A stretch of DNA of 64,000 nt from Deltaproteobacteria bacterium (GCA_034670305.1 JAXMNT010000019.1:64001-128000), one strand, 5' to 3'; numbered from the stretch's first letter, positions 50,196 through 60,519 are shown. Numbers and translations: made by a program. The notes: generated by a model not told the origin, from the sequence alone.

Positions 50196-51551
50196 ATGGA
50201 CGCGGCTCAACTCAAAGACATCTTCGCAGAACGCGGCATCCGCAAAGTCAAAGTCGGCGGATTCGACGTCGACGGCCTGCTTCGCGGCAAACTCATCTCG
50301 CTCGAGAAGTTCTGGTCCTCCGTCGAGAAGGGGTTCGGCTTCTGCGACGTCATCTTCGGCTGGGACATCGGCGACGTGCTCTACGACAACGCCACCGTCA
50401 CCGGCTGGGCGACGGGCTACCCGGACGCGCTCGCGAAGATCGATCTCTCGACCTTCCGGGTGCTCCCCTACGAACCCGACACGGCGTGTTTTCTCGTCGA
50501 CTTCTACCGGGCCGACGATCAGAAGCCGCACCCGGCCTGTCCGCGCAACCTGCTCAAGCGCATCGCCGCCCGAGGAGAGAGCGCGGGCTACCATGCCACC
50601 TTCGCGTGCGAGCTCGAGTTCTGGGTCTTTCGCGAGTCTCCGGAGTCGCTTCGCGAGAAACGCTTCGGGGACCTCAAGCCGCTGAGCCCGGGCATGTTCG
50701 GGTACTCGTGGTTGCGCGAAGGCCAGTACGCGCCGCTGGTGCACGACCTGCTCGACACCTGCACGGCGTTCGACATCGAGGTCGAGGGGTTTCACACCGA
50801 GACCGGCCCCGGGGTGTGGGAAGCCGCGATTCGCTACGACGACGTCGTGCGCGCGGCCGACAAAGCCGCGCTCTTCAAGACGGTCGTCAAGCAGGTCTGC
50901 AGCCGGCACGACCTGAGCGTGACGTTCATGGCGAAGTGGAACGCGGCGCTGCCCGGATCGAGCGGCCACCTGCATCAGTCGCTCTGGGACGGCTCGGGCA
51001 AGACCAACCACTTCGCAGACAAGAAGGGCGGGCTGAGCGACATCGGCAAACGCTACGTCGCGGGTTTGGTCCGAACCGCACCCGAGCTCACCGCGCTCTA
51101 CGCCCCCTTCATCAACTCGTACCGGCGGTACGTGCCGGGCATGTGGGCCCCGCTCACGTCCAGCTGGGGCATCGAGAACCGCACCTGCAGCGTGCGGGTC
51201 ATCGGCGGCCCGCCGAGTTCGGCAGTGCGCGCGGAACTGCGCCAGACCGCCGCCGACCTCAACCCCTACATCGCCATGGCGACCGCGCTCGCGGCAGGGC
51301 TTCACGGCATCGAGTCCGCGCTCGAGTTGCCCGAGGAGACCAAGGGCGATGCGACCGCATGCGAGAGCGACTTGCACCTGCCGCAGACGCTCCACGAAGC
51401 CACCGAGAAGCTCAAAGCGAGCGACGTCGCCAAGCAGCTGCTCGGCGAGCCGTTCGTCGATCACTACGCGCGCACCCGCGAGTGGGAAGTCCGCCAGGCC
51501 CGCAAAGCGGTCACGGACTGGGAACTCGCCCGCTACTTCGAGTCGGTCTGA
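50196..51551 (+). CDS. Glutamine synthetase family protein (likely amine gamma-glutamyl ligase)
   Basis: ELEF, HTETGPG..E, FMAK..GSSGHLHQSL, NSYRR and ENRT; the flap reads MWAP rather than YEAP. Confidence 0.9.
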   Translation: MDAAQLKDIFAERGIRKVKVGGFDVDGLLRGKLISLEKFWSSVEKGFGFCDVIFGWDIGDVLYDNATVTGWATGYPDALAKIDLSTFRVLPYEPDTACFLVDFYRADDQKPHPACPRNLLKRIAARGESAGYHATFACELEFWVFRESPESLREKRFGDLKPLSPGMFGYSWLREGQYAPLVHDLLDTCTAFDIEVEGFHTETGPGVWEAAIRYDDVVRAADKAALFKTVVKQVCSRHDLSVTFMAKWNAALPGSSGHLHQSLWDGSGKTNHFADKKGGLSDIGKRYVAGLVRTAPELTALYAPFINSYRRYVPGMWAPLTSSWGIENRTCSVRVIGGPPSSAVRAELRQTAADLNPYIAMATALAAGLHGIESALELPEETKGDATACESDLHLPQTLHEATEKLKASDVAKQLLGEPFVDHYARTREWEVRQARKAVTDWELARYFESV

Positions 51552-51587
51552 CCGGCGCCTCCTCTGCTGCCCTCTGCTGAGATCACG

Positions 51588-53327
51588 ATGAAACTACCCA
51601 AGTTCCTCCGGCCCGGATTCGTGGGCCGCATCGCCCAACAGCCGATGCGCCTGCCGCGGCTCAAGCCCTACGTGCCGCGGCCCGAAGACCCGACGATCTT
51701 CTGGTTCAACAGCGAGCGCAAAGACATCGTGCGCGAGGTCTCCGACCGCATCACCGCGAAACACTCGGTCGACCGGCGCCGCATGGAGCTCGTGCTCAAC
51801 GACGCCGCCTACCACGAGGTGCGCCGACTCGAGTCCCAGAAGGACGCGGAGTCCAAGGAGCACCTCGGCTACTGGCGCGGGTTGATGCGCCGCATCGCGC
51901 GGATGAGCGACGACGAAAAACGCGACGCGCTCCGAGACATCGTCTTCCGCATGGCCAACGACGTCGCCGGCAACTTCGATCCGCGCGTCTATCAGCTGAG
52001 CAAACACGCGGTGCCTCGTTTGCTCACGGGCGTCATGCGACCGTCGAGTCTGCCCGAGGTGCTGCCGAGCGGCGAGTCCGAGTCGGTCATCGATCGGCTG
52101 CTTCGGGTCGAGGGCCAAGTGGACCTGCTCAAACGACTCGAGAAGAAGGGCACGCTCGTCTACGTGCCGACCCACTCGAGCAACCTGGATTCCATCGTGC
52201 TCGGCCGGGCGCTCGAAGTCTCCGGGCTGAGCCCCTGCATCTACGGCGCGGGCAAGAACCTGTTCACGAACCCGATCATCTCGTTCTTCATGCACAACCT
52301 CGGTGCCTACCGCGTCGACCGGCGCGTGACCGCGAGTGTCTACAAAGAAGTGCTCAAGCAGTACTCGCAGGTGATGATCGAACGCGGGTACCACTCGCTC
52401 TTCTTCCCGGGCGGCACGCGAAGTCGGAGCAACTTGCTCGAGACCCATCTGAAACTCGGACTCGCGGGTTCGGCCGTGAACGCGTTCTGCAACAACCGGG
52501 TCCACGGCGTCGACCGCGACGTGTGGTTCGTCCCGACGACGATCAACTACGAGCTCGTGCTCGAAGCCGAGACCCTCATCGAGGACTGGCTCAAGATCGA
52601 AGGCAAAGCCCGCTACATCATCGACGACGACGAGTTCTCGCGCGTGGATCGCTGGGTGGCGTTCTTCCGCAAGGTGATGGGCCTCGAAGCGGCCTGCGTG
52701 ATCCGGTTCGGCACACCGGTCGATCCCTTCGGCAACCCTGTCGACGACGATGGACGCTCCATCGCGCCTTCGGGGCACACGATCGATCCCGGCTCTTACG
52801 TGCTCCGGGCGGGCAAGCCGGTGTTCGATGCGGAGCGGGACGCGGCGTACACCAAAGACCTCGGCGACGCGCTCGTGAAACGGTTCCGGGAAGAGACCGT
52901 GCTCATGTCCACGAACCTCGTCGCGCATGTGCTGTGGCGACGGCTCGTCGCCGCGACGCCCAACATGGATCTGTTCGCGCGCCTCCGCGTGCGCGGAGAG
53001 GTGAACGTGTCGCGCGCTGAGTTGGAAGCGGAGGTGGGCGCGCTTCGAGACCGGTTGCTGGAACTCGAAGCGGAGGGCGCGACGCGATTGAATCAGTCGC
53101 TGCACGACGACACCGCAGAAGAACTCGTCACGCGTGCCCTGAGCGTGTGGGACGGCTACCACACCCGGCAGCCGGCCAAGAACCTCGGCGTCGACATCAC
53201 CGCGGACGATCCAGCGATGTTGCTCTACTACCAGAACCGGCTCGGGCCGCTGGCGCCCGACGTGGTGACCGAAGAGTGCCACGTGGAAGCCGCGCGCGAG
53301 ATCGGAACGCTGGGGGCGGTTCGATGA
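51588..53327 (+). CDS. Glycerolipid acyltransferase (PlsB-like)
   Basis: PTHSSNLD (HxxxxD), GAGKNL, GAYRVDR and FFPGGTRSR. Confidence 0.85.
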   Translation: MKLPKFLRPGFVGRIAQQPMRLPRLKPYVPRPEDPTIFWFNSERKDIVREVSDRITAKHSVDRRRMELVLNDAAYHEVRRLESQKDAESKEHLGYWRGLMRRIARMSDDEKRDALRDIVFRMANDVAGNFDPRVYQLSKHAVPRLLTGVMRPSSLPEVLPSGESESVIDRLLRVEGQVDLLKRLEKKGTLVYVPTHSSNLDSIVLGRALEVSGLSPCIYGAGKNLFTNPIISFFMHNLGAYRVDRRVTASVYKEVLKQYSQVMIERGYHSLFFPGGTRSRSNLLETHLKLGLAGSAVNAFCNNRVHGVDRDVWFVPTTINYELVLEAETLIEDWLKIEGKARYIIDDDEFSRVDRWVAFFRKVMGLEAACVIRFGTPVDPFGNPVDDDGRSIAPSGHTIDPGSYVLRAGKPVFDAERDAAYTKDLGDALVKRFREETVLMSTNLVAHVLWRRLVAATPNMDLFARLRVRGEVNVSRAELEAEVGALRDRLLELEAEGATRLNQSLHDDTAEELVTRALSVWDGYHTRQPAKNLGVDITADDPAMLLYYQNRLGPLAPDVVTEECHVEAAREIGTLGAVR

Positions 53328-54262
53328 GCGGGCGCACACTGAACGTCGGGGTGCTCGGGGGCGGCGGCTTCGGCCGCGCCATCGCCGCGGCCGCCGTACG
53401 CAATGGACACGAGGTGTTGCTTTGGAGCCGGCGCGCGGCGGACATGAAGGGCACCACCGCGGTGACGCACCTCGCGGAGCTCGCCGCCAACGACGTGACG
53501 TTCTTCGCGGTGCCGTCTCCGTACGTCGAAGACCTCGCGAAGGAACTCGGCGCCCATCTCGATGGACGCCATCAACTGGTGCACGTGAGCCGCGGCCTGG
53601 TCGGAGACGACCTCGAACCGATCTCCCAGGTGCTCCGCCGCGTGACGCCTTGCCGCCGCATGGGCGCGCTCGCAGGACCACTCGTCGCCGAGGCGCTCGC
53701 CGACGGGAGCCCGAGTGGCGCCATCCTCGGCAGCCGCTTTCGCGAGGTCTCCGACACCGTGCGGCTTGCGATCGGAAGTCCGAAGCTGCGGGTGTACGAC
53801 TCGCGCGACATCGTGGGCGTCGAGTTCGCGTCGGCCATGGTCGGACTGCTCGCGCTCGGGGTCGGCTACGGCCAAGGGGTGGGCGCGGGGCCCGCTTCGC
53901 TCGCGGTCTTTCTCACCCGCGCCCTGCACGAGGCCGCACGACTCGCGCCTTCGCTCGGCGCCGACCCTGCGACGCTCCAAGGACTGGCCGGCGTCGGCGA
54001 CCTGCTCGCGGTGGTCGCTGGCGACGATCGTCCGGAGATCCTCCTCGGGCGCGCCATGGCCCAGGGCAAGACGCTCGCCGACGCGGCGTCGACGGCCGGA
54101 ACCCACATCGAAGGGGTGCAGATCGCGCGCCGCCTGAGCGCACACGCGCGCCGGTTGCAACTGCCGGCCCCGATCACCGACACCTTGGTGGGCGTCATCG
54201 AGGGCATGAGCGCGGAAAAGGCGATGCAGGCCCTCATGGCGCGGGACGTCGGGACAGAGTAG
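53324..54262 (+). CDS. GpsA-like NAD(P)H glycerol-3-phosphate dehydrogenase homologue, divergent
   Basis: GGGGFG, AVPS, LAGP, DIVGVE, GLAGVGDL and IEG; the KN and SRN motifs are absent. Confidence 0.8.
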   Translation: MSGRTLNVGVLGGGGFGRAIAAAAVRNGHEVLLWSRRAADMKGTTAVTHLAELAANDVTFFAVPSPYVEDLAKELGAHLDGRHQLVHVSRGLVGDDLEPISQVLRRVTPCRRMGALAGPLVAEALADGSPSGAILGSRFREVSDTVRLAIGSPKLRVYDSRDIVGVEFASAMVGLLALGVGYGQGVGAGPASLAVFLTRALHEAARLAPSLGADPATLQGLAGVGDLLAVVAGDDRPEILLGRAMAQGKTLADAASTAGTHIEGVQIARRLSAHARRLQLPAPITDTLVGVIEGMSAEKAMQALMARDVGTE

Positions 54263-54271
54263 GAGATCGGG

Positions 54272-55450
54272 ATGTCAGACCAGTCAGACGACGCCCCCAA
54301 GGTCGTGGCGTGGAGTTTTCCCACCCGAGTGCTCTTCGGAGTCGGCAGCGCGCAGCGCGTGCCGGAAGAAGCGAAGGCTCTGGGCGCGACCAAAGCCTTC
54401 CTCGTCACCGACGAGGGCGTGCGCCTTGCGGGTCTGGTGGATCCGGTGGCCGAAGCCCTGGCCGAAGCCGGCATCGAATGCACCATCTGTGACTCGATCT
54501 CGTCCAACCCACTCGAATCCGAAGTGCTCGGCGCCGCGGATGCGTTCCGGAAAGCCGGCGCCGATCTGGTGGTCGCCATCGGCGGGGGCAGCCCCCTGGA
54601 CGTCGGCAAACTGGTGCGCCTCGCCGCCACCCATCCGATGCCGCTCGCGCAATACGACGACGCGATCGGCGGCGACGCCAAGATCACCGAGCCGGTCCCG
54701 CCCATGATTGCCATCCCCACCACCGCCGGCACCGGCAGCGAAGTGGGACGCAGCGGCGTCGTGACGTTGCAGGCGACCAACCGCAAGACAGTGATCTTCG
54801 CGCCCAAGCTGATGCCGAACGTGGCGATCCTCGATCCCAAGATGACCGAGACCATGCCCCCGCGGACGACCGCTGCGACCGGCATCGACGCACTCACCCA
54901 CTGCATCGAAGCCTATTGCGCGCTCGGCGATCATCCGATGGCCGATGCGATCGCGCTCGAAGGCATCGCGTTGATCCACAAGCACCTCGAGAACGCGGTC
55001 CGCGACGGCAAAGATCTCGACGCGCGCGGCGGCATGCTCAAGGCCGCCATGATGGGTGCGGTCGCGTTCCAGAAGGGCCTCGGCGCGTGTCATTCGCTCG
55101 CCCACCCGCTCAGCGCCGAGCACCACATGCACCACGGCCTCGCCAACGCGCTGTGTCTGCCGGCCGTGCTCGACTTCAACCGCAGCGCGGTGCCCAACAA
55201 GATCGCGGTGGTCGCTCGGCTCCTCGGTGCCCGGGGTGGCGACCAAGAGACCTTGGCGTTCGAGTGCGCCGGCGCCGTCCGCGCCCTTCGCAAGAAGGTG
55301 GGCCTGCCCGATGGGCTCGAGGCCGGTGAGATCCCTGAGGACGACCTCGAGCGCCTGGCCGGTCTCGCGTTCGAAGACGTCTGCCACACGATGAACCCCC
55401 GCCCCTGCACGGTCGACGACCTGCTCTCGCTGTACAAAGCGTCGTTCTAG
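54272..55450 (+). CDS. Iron-containing alcohol dehydrogenase
   Basis: GGGSPLD, IPTTAGTGSE, GIDALTHCIEAY, HSLAH and HHGLANA. Confidence 0.95.
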   Translation: MSDQSDDAPKVVAWSFPTRVLFGVGSAQRVPEEAKALGATKAFLVTDEGVRLAGLVDPVAEALAEAGIECTICDSISSNPLESEVLGAADAFRKAGADLVVAIGGGSPLDVGKLVRLAATHPMPLAQYDDAIGGDAKITEPVPPMIAIPTTAGTGSEVGRSGVVTLQATNRKTVIFAPKLMPNVAILDPKMTETMPPRTTAATGIDALTHCIEAYCALGDHPMADAIALEGIALIHKHLENAVRDGKDLDARGGMLKAAMMGAVAFQKGLGACHSLAHPLSAEHHMHHGLANALCLPAVLDFNRSAVPNKIAVVARLLGARGGDQETLAFECAGAVRALRKKVGLPDGLEAGEIPEDDLERLAGLAFEDVCHTMNPRPCTVDDLLSLYKASF

Positions 55451-55468
55451 CCAGTCGGCCATCGCCAG

Positions 55469-55614
55469 GACTCAGCGGCAGCAGACTCCGCGGCAGCACC
55501 AGACTCAGTGGCAGCTTCAGACTCAGCGGCAGCAGCAGACTCAGCGGCAGCAGCAGACTCAGCGGCAGCTTCAGACTCAGCGGCAGCAGCAGACTCAGCG
55601 GCAGCAGCAGACTC
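55469..55614. repeat. Tandem repeat, unit ~GACTCAGCGGCAGCAGCA (18 bp, ~8 copies)
   Basis: Directly visible, between convergent genes. Confidence 0.93.
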
Positions 55615-55670
55615 GAGCCCTCGCCGAGCGGGTCTGGACAACCTTCTTCATCCTGGCCAATCGAGCTCGC

Positions 55671-56651
55671 TCAACGGGCATACGCGTTCTGCCACGAGCG
55701 CTCGAAGGTCGTTCCTGGCTCGAGTGGCTCGTCGACCAGGACAGAACTCTTGAGTTCGCAGTGACGGACCTGCTCGAAGGTGTAGTCGACGCTCAGTCGC
55801 ACCTGCATCGGGGCGTCGGGGTCGTCTCGGTCCAGCAGTTCGTAGAACTCGCACGAGTCACCCACGACCGCAAAACACCTTGACCAACTCTTGGCGAGGA
55901 TGTGGTCGAGTACACCAGCGGCCTGAGCCCGCGACGCGTCCTCGGCCGTGAGCGCGGAGCGGTTGACGGCAGCCGCCGATTGCGCGGCCGCGATCCCAGA
56001 AGACACCCGCCGAATCAGCTGGATGGGACTTAGGCCGGCCATTGGGATGTGGCTCACGTCGATGTCGATCCCACCAAGGGTCGAGATGTACAACAGGTCC
56101 GCCCCGAGTCCGGCCACGAGTCCACCCGCCACCTGAAAGATGCGCGCGATGCCCCGAAAGAGCCCGCGGCGCTCGCGTGGCGCCGTCCGTGCGCGCTCCT
56201 CCCGAGCTTCCAGTTCCGCTTGGAGTGCCGCTGCGGCTTCTTCGCGCCCGTCGAGCCGGAGCCAGTCCACCGGCCCATCGAATCGATGAACGGGCGCGTC
56301 GCGCACCGTCAGCCAAGAACCCGCGCTGGCGGAGGGAATCGCGTTCACGGTGATCTTGGTGTGCATCAACACCGTCTCGCCGCTCGCCATGCGCGCCGGT
56401 ACGTACCCGAGGGTGTCCTGCAGCTGCGCCTGGGAAAGGACGGTCGCTTCGAAGACGATGTCGGTGTGCTGGGCCAGCGCGGTCGCGAGTGGGGGTGCCT
56501 GGTGGTCCCAGACCTCTTTGAAGAACGGCGGATCGTCGAGGTCGTCGTACGCCACCTCGCACGCGTCGTCGAACCGCTCCGCGACCACGAGTTCAGACAG
56601 GGTCGGGCCACACCCGAGCAAACACACCACCACCAGGAATGTGCGAATCAT
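55671..56651 (-). CDS. Hypothetical lipoprotein
   Basis: [14 protein letters not shown] signal/lipobox. Confidence 0.65.
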   Translation of the reverse strand: MIRTFLVVVCLLGCGPTLSELVVAERFDDACEVAYDDLDDPPFFKEVWDHQAPPLATALAQHTDIVFEATVLSQAQLQDTLGYVPARMASGETVLMHTKITVNAIPSASAGSWLTVRDAPVHRFDGPVDWLRLDGREEAAAALQAELEAREERARTAPRERRGLFRGIARIFQVAGGLVAGLGADLLYISTLGGIDIDVSHIPMAGLSPIQLIRRVSSGIAAAQSAAAVNRSALTAEDASRAQAAGVLDHILAKSWSRCFAVVGDSCEFYELLDRDDPDAPMQVRLSVDYTFEQVRHCELKSSVLVDEPLEPGTTFERSWQNAYAR

Positions 56652-56747
56652 GCGGGGAGGGTCGCCGCTCCGCCGCGTCGCGCCAACCTCTTTCACACCC
56701 ACGACCCGCTGCCCTTGCGGCGCGAGAAAAAAGTCGGAGAGTGGAGT

Positions 56748-56999
56748 GTGTTTCGGTGGCTCGCACTTCAGCTGATCAAACTGTACTGGTGGACGCTCTC
56801 GCCCCTGCTTGGCGAGGTCTGCCGGTTCGAACCGTCTTGCAGCCGGTACACGGCGGTGTGCATCGAGCGGTTCGGAGCCGCGAAGGGATCCTGGCTCGGT
56901 GCCAAGCGGATCTGCCGCTGTCATCCGTGGGCGGCGGGTGGCTTCGATCCACCACCCGACACACTCGAGAAGGCGGAACCCTCGGGCGCAGAAGGTTAG
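56748..56999 (+). CDS. yidD: Membrane protein insertion efficiency factor
   Basis: LY...SPL....[16 protein letters not shown]...[15 protein letters not shown] start with a GGAG RBS. Confidence 0.92.
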   Translation: MFRWLALQLIKLYWWTLSPLLGEVCRFEPSCSRYTAVCIERFGAAKGSWLGAKRICRCHPWAAGGFDPPPDTLEKAEPSGAEG

Positions 57000-57508
57000 A
57001 AGACCCAGCCCCAGTTCAGCTGCAACACGACGTCCAGCTGCACGCGGCGCACCTGGCCGTACACCCGCCAGTCCGCGCGAATGCCGAGCCCGCCCCCGAA
57101 CGAAGAACCACTGTCGAGCGACCAGGTGGCGCCGAGCAAGATGCTGCCCATGATGCTCGCGTCGCGCACGCTCCGATCCACGTCGAGCAGGACGCGGGTG
57201 GCGAGCTCGGACCGGACGTACGCGCCGCGAAACGGCTGCCCGTAGACGTACGTGTCGAGCCCGGTTCGAACCCCGATCTCAACCCGCTCGGTCCCGACCA
57301 GCGGGCCGAACCCGAGCACGAGCCGGTCATGAAGCTGCAGCTCCAGGTCGACACCGACGAGGGTCGGGCCGGAGCCGCCGGAACCGCTCAGACCGAGACG
57401 GGTCTGCGCCTCGGCTTGGGGCGCACACGCAAAGACGCTTGCCACGAAAAAGAGCCGCGTCGCCCACCAGCGCCACGAGCGACCGGCCGGCTGGCGAGTT
57501 CCCCCCAT
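56996..57508 (-). CDS. Hypothetical secreted protein, possible small beta-barrel
   Basis: Signal-like AEA-Q, alternating beta strands and a C-terminal WGWVF. Confidence 0.55.
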   Translation of the reverse strand: MGGTRQPAGRSWRWWATRLFFVASVFACAPQAEAQTRLGLSGSGGSGPTLVGVDLELQLHDRLVLGFGPLVGTERVEIGVRTGLDTYVYGQPFRGAYVRSELATRVLLDVDRSVRDASIMGSILLGATWSLDSGSSFGGGLGIRADWRVYGQVRRVQLDVVLQLNWGWVF

Positions 57509-57823
57509 GGAACGTCGATGTCTCAGACGACCCGTTCTATTCCCGAGCCGCGTACGAATTCGAAGGCACGTCGGCAGCGTGCTGGTTTCTCTGGCTAGCA
57601 ATCTCATGCTCGATGAAGCCGATACGAACGGCACAATGGACATCTTCATCGCCGCCTCGTTCTGACGCATCTGTCCTCATGTGTGGTGCGGGCCAGGCGG
57701 ACTCTCGGGTGTCGGGGAGGGGTCGGATTCTGGCCTGGCGACGCGAGCGACGTGGGATGAGCTGTAAGCTCCCGAGGAGTGGCGCGTTGGGATGACGGTC
57801 TCCCCGCCTTTCTCCCAACTGAT

Positions 57824-57905
57824 GCGTGGCGGGCCTACACGGGCATCAACCACGCTCTCCAGAAGCGTGGCGGGCCTACACGGGCATCAACCACGCTCTC
57901 CAGAA
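57824..57905. repeat. Exact 41-bp tandem duplication
   Basis: GCGTGGCGGGCCTACACGGGCATCAACCACGCTCTCCAGAA occurs twice. Confidence 0.95.
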
Positions 57906-57978
57906 CGAAGGCACGACGACCATGACCGCCAGCTCGCCACGGCAGGGGACGCCCCGACGACGACGACGACCAGATCGG

Positions 57979-59217
57979 ATGGCGATCCGACTCGGGCGCG
58001 TCCCGCTCTTGGTGGCGATGGCCTTGGCGAGCGGGTGCATCCGCCAGCCGGACTCGTCGCACGGATACGAGACGATTGAGTGCCCGAATGGCGAGCACGG
58101 GACCGTGATGATGGGCTGCCCCGAGCTCGCCCACGAGAGACCCTGCGAAGACCCCGATCACGAGCGCGACGACTGTGAGTCGCCCGAGGAGTCGCCGCCC
58201 GACGAGCCGGCCGAGCCCCAGGAGGTCACCCTGAACGCGCAGTTCGTGGACGACCACTGCGAGGGGATCCCGGGCACGGATCCCTCGGTGCCTCTCTACG
58301 TCGCGGTCGACCGCTTCCTCGGCGAACGGCCGATGCATCGCTGCCGAAGCCCCCTGCCCTGCACGCAGGACGGAGACTGCGGCAACCCCACGCTCACCTG
58401 CCAACACAACCAGTGTCAGGGGGAGACCCTGTGTGCATCCGACGAAGACTGCGAAGGGGTCGGAACCTGCGTCTCGAGCATCCGCGCCGACCACCTCCGC
58501 ATGCAGCAACGAGATTGCCGGGTGGCCGAAGGTGGCTTCCAGGCCAGCGAGCTTCGATGCGGGGGCATCCCGACCTACCGGTATCGCGGTGAACGACGAG
58601 CGGGGGCGACCTATGACTTGAGCGTCTACTCCGCCGACCTCGACGACCATGAACCACTGACCGAGCTCACCCTGCCGGGGCCGGGTGGCGCCGAGCCACC
58701 GCCCTGTCGGGAGGACCGTGCCTACCAGCGATCGCTGCCGGGCTTCCCCCGTGGGGGTCTCGCGACGCTGCCAGCCAACCGGGTGCGGCTCCGTCGGACC
58801 ACCAGCGGCACCCGGGGAACGAGCAGCTATGGCACGACCTACGAGCTCGTCGTCGATCCCGCCGGCGTGCTGGACCGAGACCTCCCGTTCCGCATTCAAC
58901 CCTTCCGGACTCCGCTTCCCTACCTCGGCCGCTTCTTCCCGACGAGCCGCGGCGAGCTCCTTCGCTCCCTGGAGCTGCAAAGAGGGAGGGTCGTGGTCTT
59001 GGTCAGTGAGGACGCCAGCGAACGCCACGTGACCCGATTCAGCCCGTCTGGAGACGGGACCCTCATTTGTCAGCACACGGTCGACTTCAGTGGTGGCATG
59101 CAGCTGTCGGGCACGCCGGTCGAGTTCACCTGGCGGCGCACTGCAGTGGACGAGACGCACCCCGGTGAGTGCGACAACTCGGACGAAGGCTGGAGCTCCA
59201 GCAGCAGCCTCCGATAG
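57979..59217 (+). CDS. Cys-rich lipoprotein
   Basis: MAIRLGRVPLLVAMALASGC lipobox and C..D.DC motifs. Confidence 0.65.
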   Translation: MAIRLGRVPLLVAMALASGCIRQPDSSHGYETIECPNGEHGTVMMGCPELAHERPCEDPDHERDDCESPEESPPDEPAEPQEVTLNAQFVDDHCEGIPGTDPSVPLYVAVDRFLGERPMHRCRSPLPCTQDGDCGNPTLTCQHNQCQGETLCASDEDCEGVGTCVSSIRADHLRMQQRDCRVAEGGFQASELRCGGIPTYRYRGERRAGATYDLSVYSADLDDHEPLTELTLPGPGGAEPPPCREDRAYQRSLPGFPRGGLATLPANRVRLRRTTSGTRGTSSYGTTYELVVDPAGVLDRDLPFRIQPFRTPLPYLGRFFPTSRGELLRSLELQRGRVVVLVSEDASERHVTRFSPSGDGTLICQHTVDFSGGMQLSGTPVEFTWRRTAVDETHPGECDNSDEGWSSSSSLR

Positions 59218-59243
59218 TCCTGGGCGACAAGGACATAGGACGC

Positions 59244-59280
59244 CGGCATCGGCGTCGGCATCGGCTTCGGCTTCGGCCTC
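59244..59280. repeat. Short (GGCnTC)n tract
   Basis: About 6 units. Confidence 0.8.
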
Positions 59281-59385
59281 CAACTTCAGCAGGCCCGGTG
59301 TGCGCACACCCACACCTCTCAATAGTTAGAAGTGGTACTTCCAACTTTCATGAACCGGGTCGGTGGGCAAGAGGTAGAGGATTCG

Positions 59386-60501
59386 ATGAACCAGCAGACG
59401 TTCCAGGTGCCGATTGAGACGACGAAGCGACGCCGCTCGCTCGCGCTCCCTCTCATGTTGCTCCTCGTCGGCCTCGGATGCGGGGACGACGATGTCCGGA
59501 CGCCGGACACCGGTGGGATGCGCGACGCGGGCGCTGGTCTCGATGCACCCCCCTCGGATGCGCCCGCCTCCGACGCACCCGCCTCCGACGCACCCGCCCC
59601 CGACGCGCCGACCCTCGACGCGGCCGCCGCCGACGCACCACCTGGAACAGACAGCGGACCCAGCACCGGTCCGAGCGCGCCGGGTCCGCACACCGCGACC
59701 ACCATGGAGGACACCGTCATGCGCGCCGGTCGCACCATCCCGGTCGTCGCGTATGTCCCGGACCGCGACGCCGCGCCTCTGGTGGTGTTCTTCCCCGGGT
59801 TCCAGCTCGGCTCGGAGCGCTACGCGGCGCTGTGCGAGCACGTCGCGTCGCACGGGTTCCTCGTCGTGCGGGCCGATCCGCCCGCGTCGTTCACGAGCGC
59901 CGACCACGTCGCGATGCGGGACGACGCCGTGGCGGTGATCGACTGGGCCATCGCGACGTTCTCTCCGCCGGCCGGGGTCGGCGCCATGGGGCACAGCCTC
60001 GGAGGCAAGGTCTCGACCATGCTGGCGGGCGTCGATGGACGCGTGACCGCGCTCTTCGGCATCGACCCGGTGAACGGCGCCAGCCCCTTCGGCGGATACA
60101 ACGAGACGATGCCGGACGTCGTGCCTTCGGTGACGTCGGGCCTCGGCATCGCGGTCGACTTCATCGGCGAGACCACCAACGGCACTGGAGGATCATTCGG
60201 CATGGCGTGCGCGCCGCTCGACCAGAACTACCAGACGTTCTTCGAGGGCTCGACCAGCGCGACCTGGGCCGCAGAACACACCTTCGAGGGCGCCGACCAC
60301 ATGGACTTCGTCTCCGACACCTCCGGCTGCGGGTTCACCTGCTCGGCCTGCACCGCGGGAAGCGCGGACCCAGCCACGGTGCTGCAAGGCACGTACACCC
60401 TCGCGGCGGCGTTCTTCCTCCGGCACCTCGACGGCGACACCGCGATGGACGCCTTCCTCACCGGAACGCCTCCCACCGGGGTCACCGTTCGGTCCCGGTG
60501 A
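59386..60501 (+). CDS. Alpha/beta hydrolase lipoprotein, chlorophyllase-like
   Basis: HVASHGF.V, GHSLGGK, GIDPVNG and DHMDF; LGCGDDD lipobox. Confidence 0.85.
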   Translation: MNQQTFQVPIETTKRRRSLALPLMLLLVGLGCGDDDVRTPDTGGMRDAGAGLDAPPSDAPASDAPASDAPAPDAPTLDAAAADAPPGTDSGPSTGPSAPGPHTATTMEDTVMRAGRTIPVVAYVPDRDAAPLVVFFPGFQLGSERYAALCEHVASHGFLVVRADPPASFTSADHVAMRDDAVAVIDWAIATFSPPAGVGAMGHSLGGKVSTMLAGVDGRVTALFGIDPVNGASPFGGYNETMPDVVPSVTSGLGIAVDFIGETTNGTGGSFGMACAPLDQNYQTFFEGSTSATWAAEHTFEGADHMDFVSDTSGCGFTCSACTAGSADPATVLQGTYTLAAAFFLRHLDGDTAMDAFLTGTPPTGVTVRSR

Positions 60502-60519
60502 GAGAAGCCACCGCCTCCA

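Noticed and set aside
55469-57905. Possible CRISPR arrays (18-mer tract; 41-bp duplication)
   Set aside because: No unique spacers, and no cas genes in the window.
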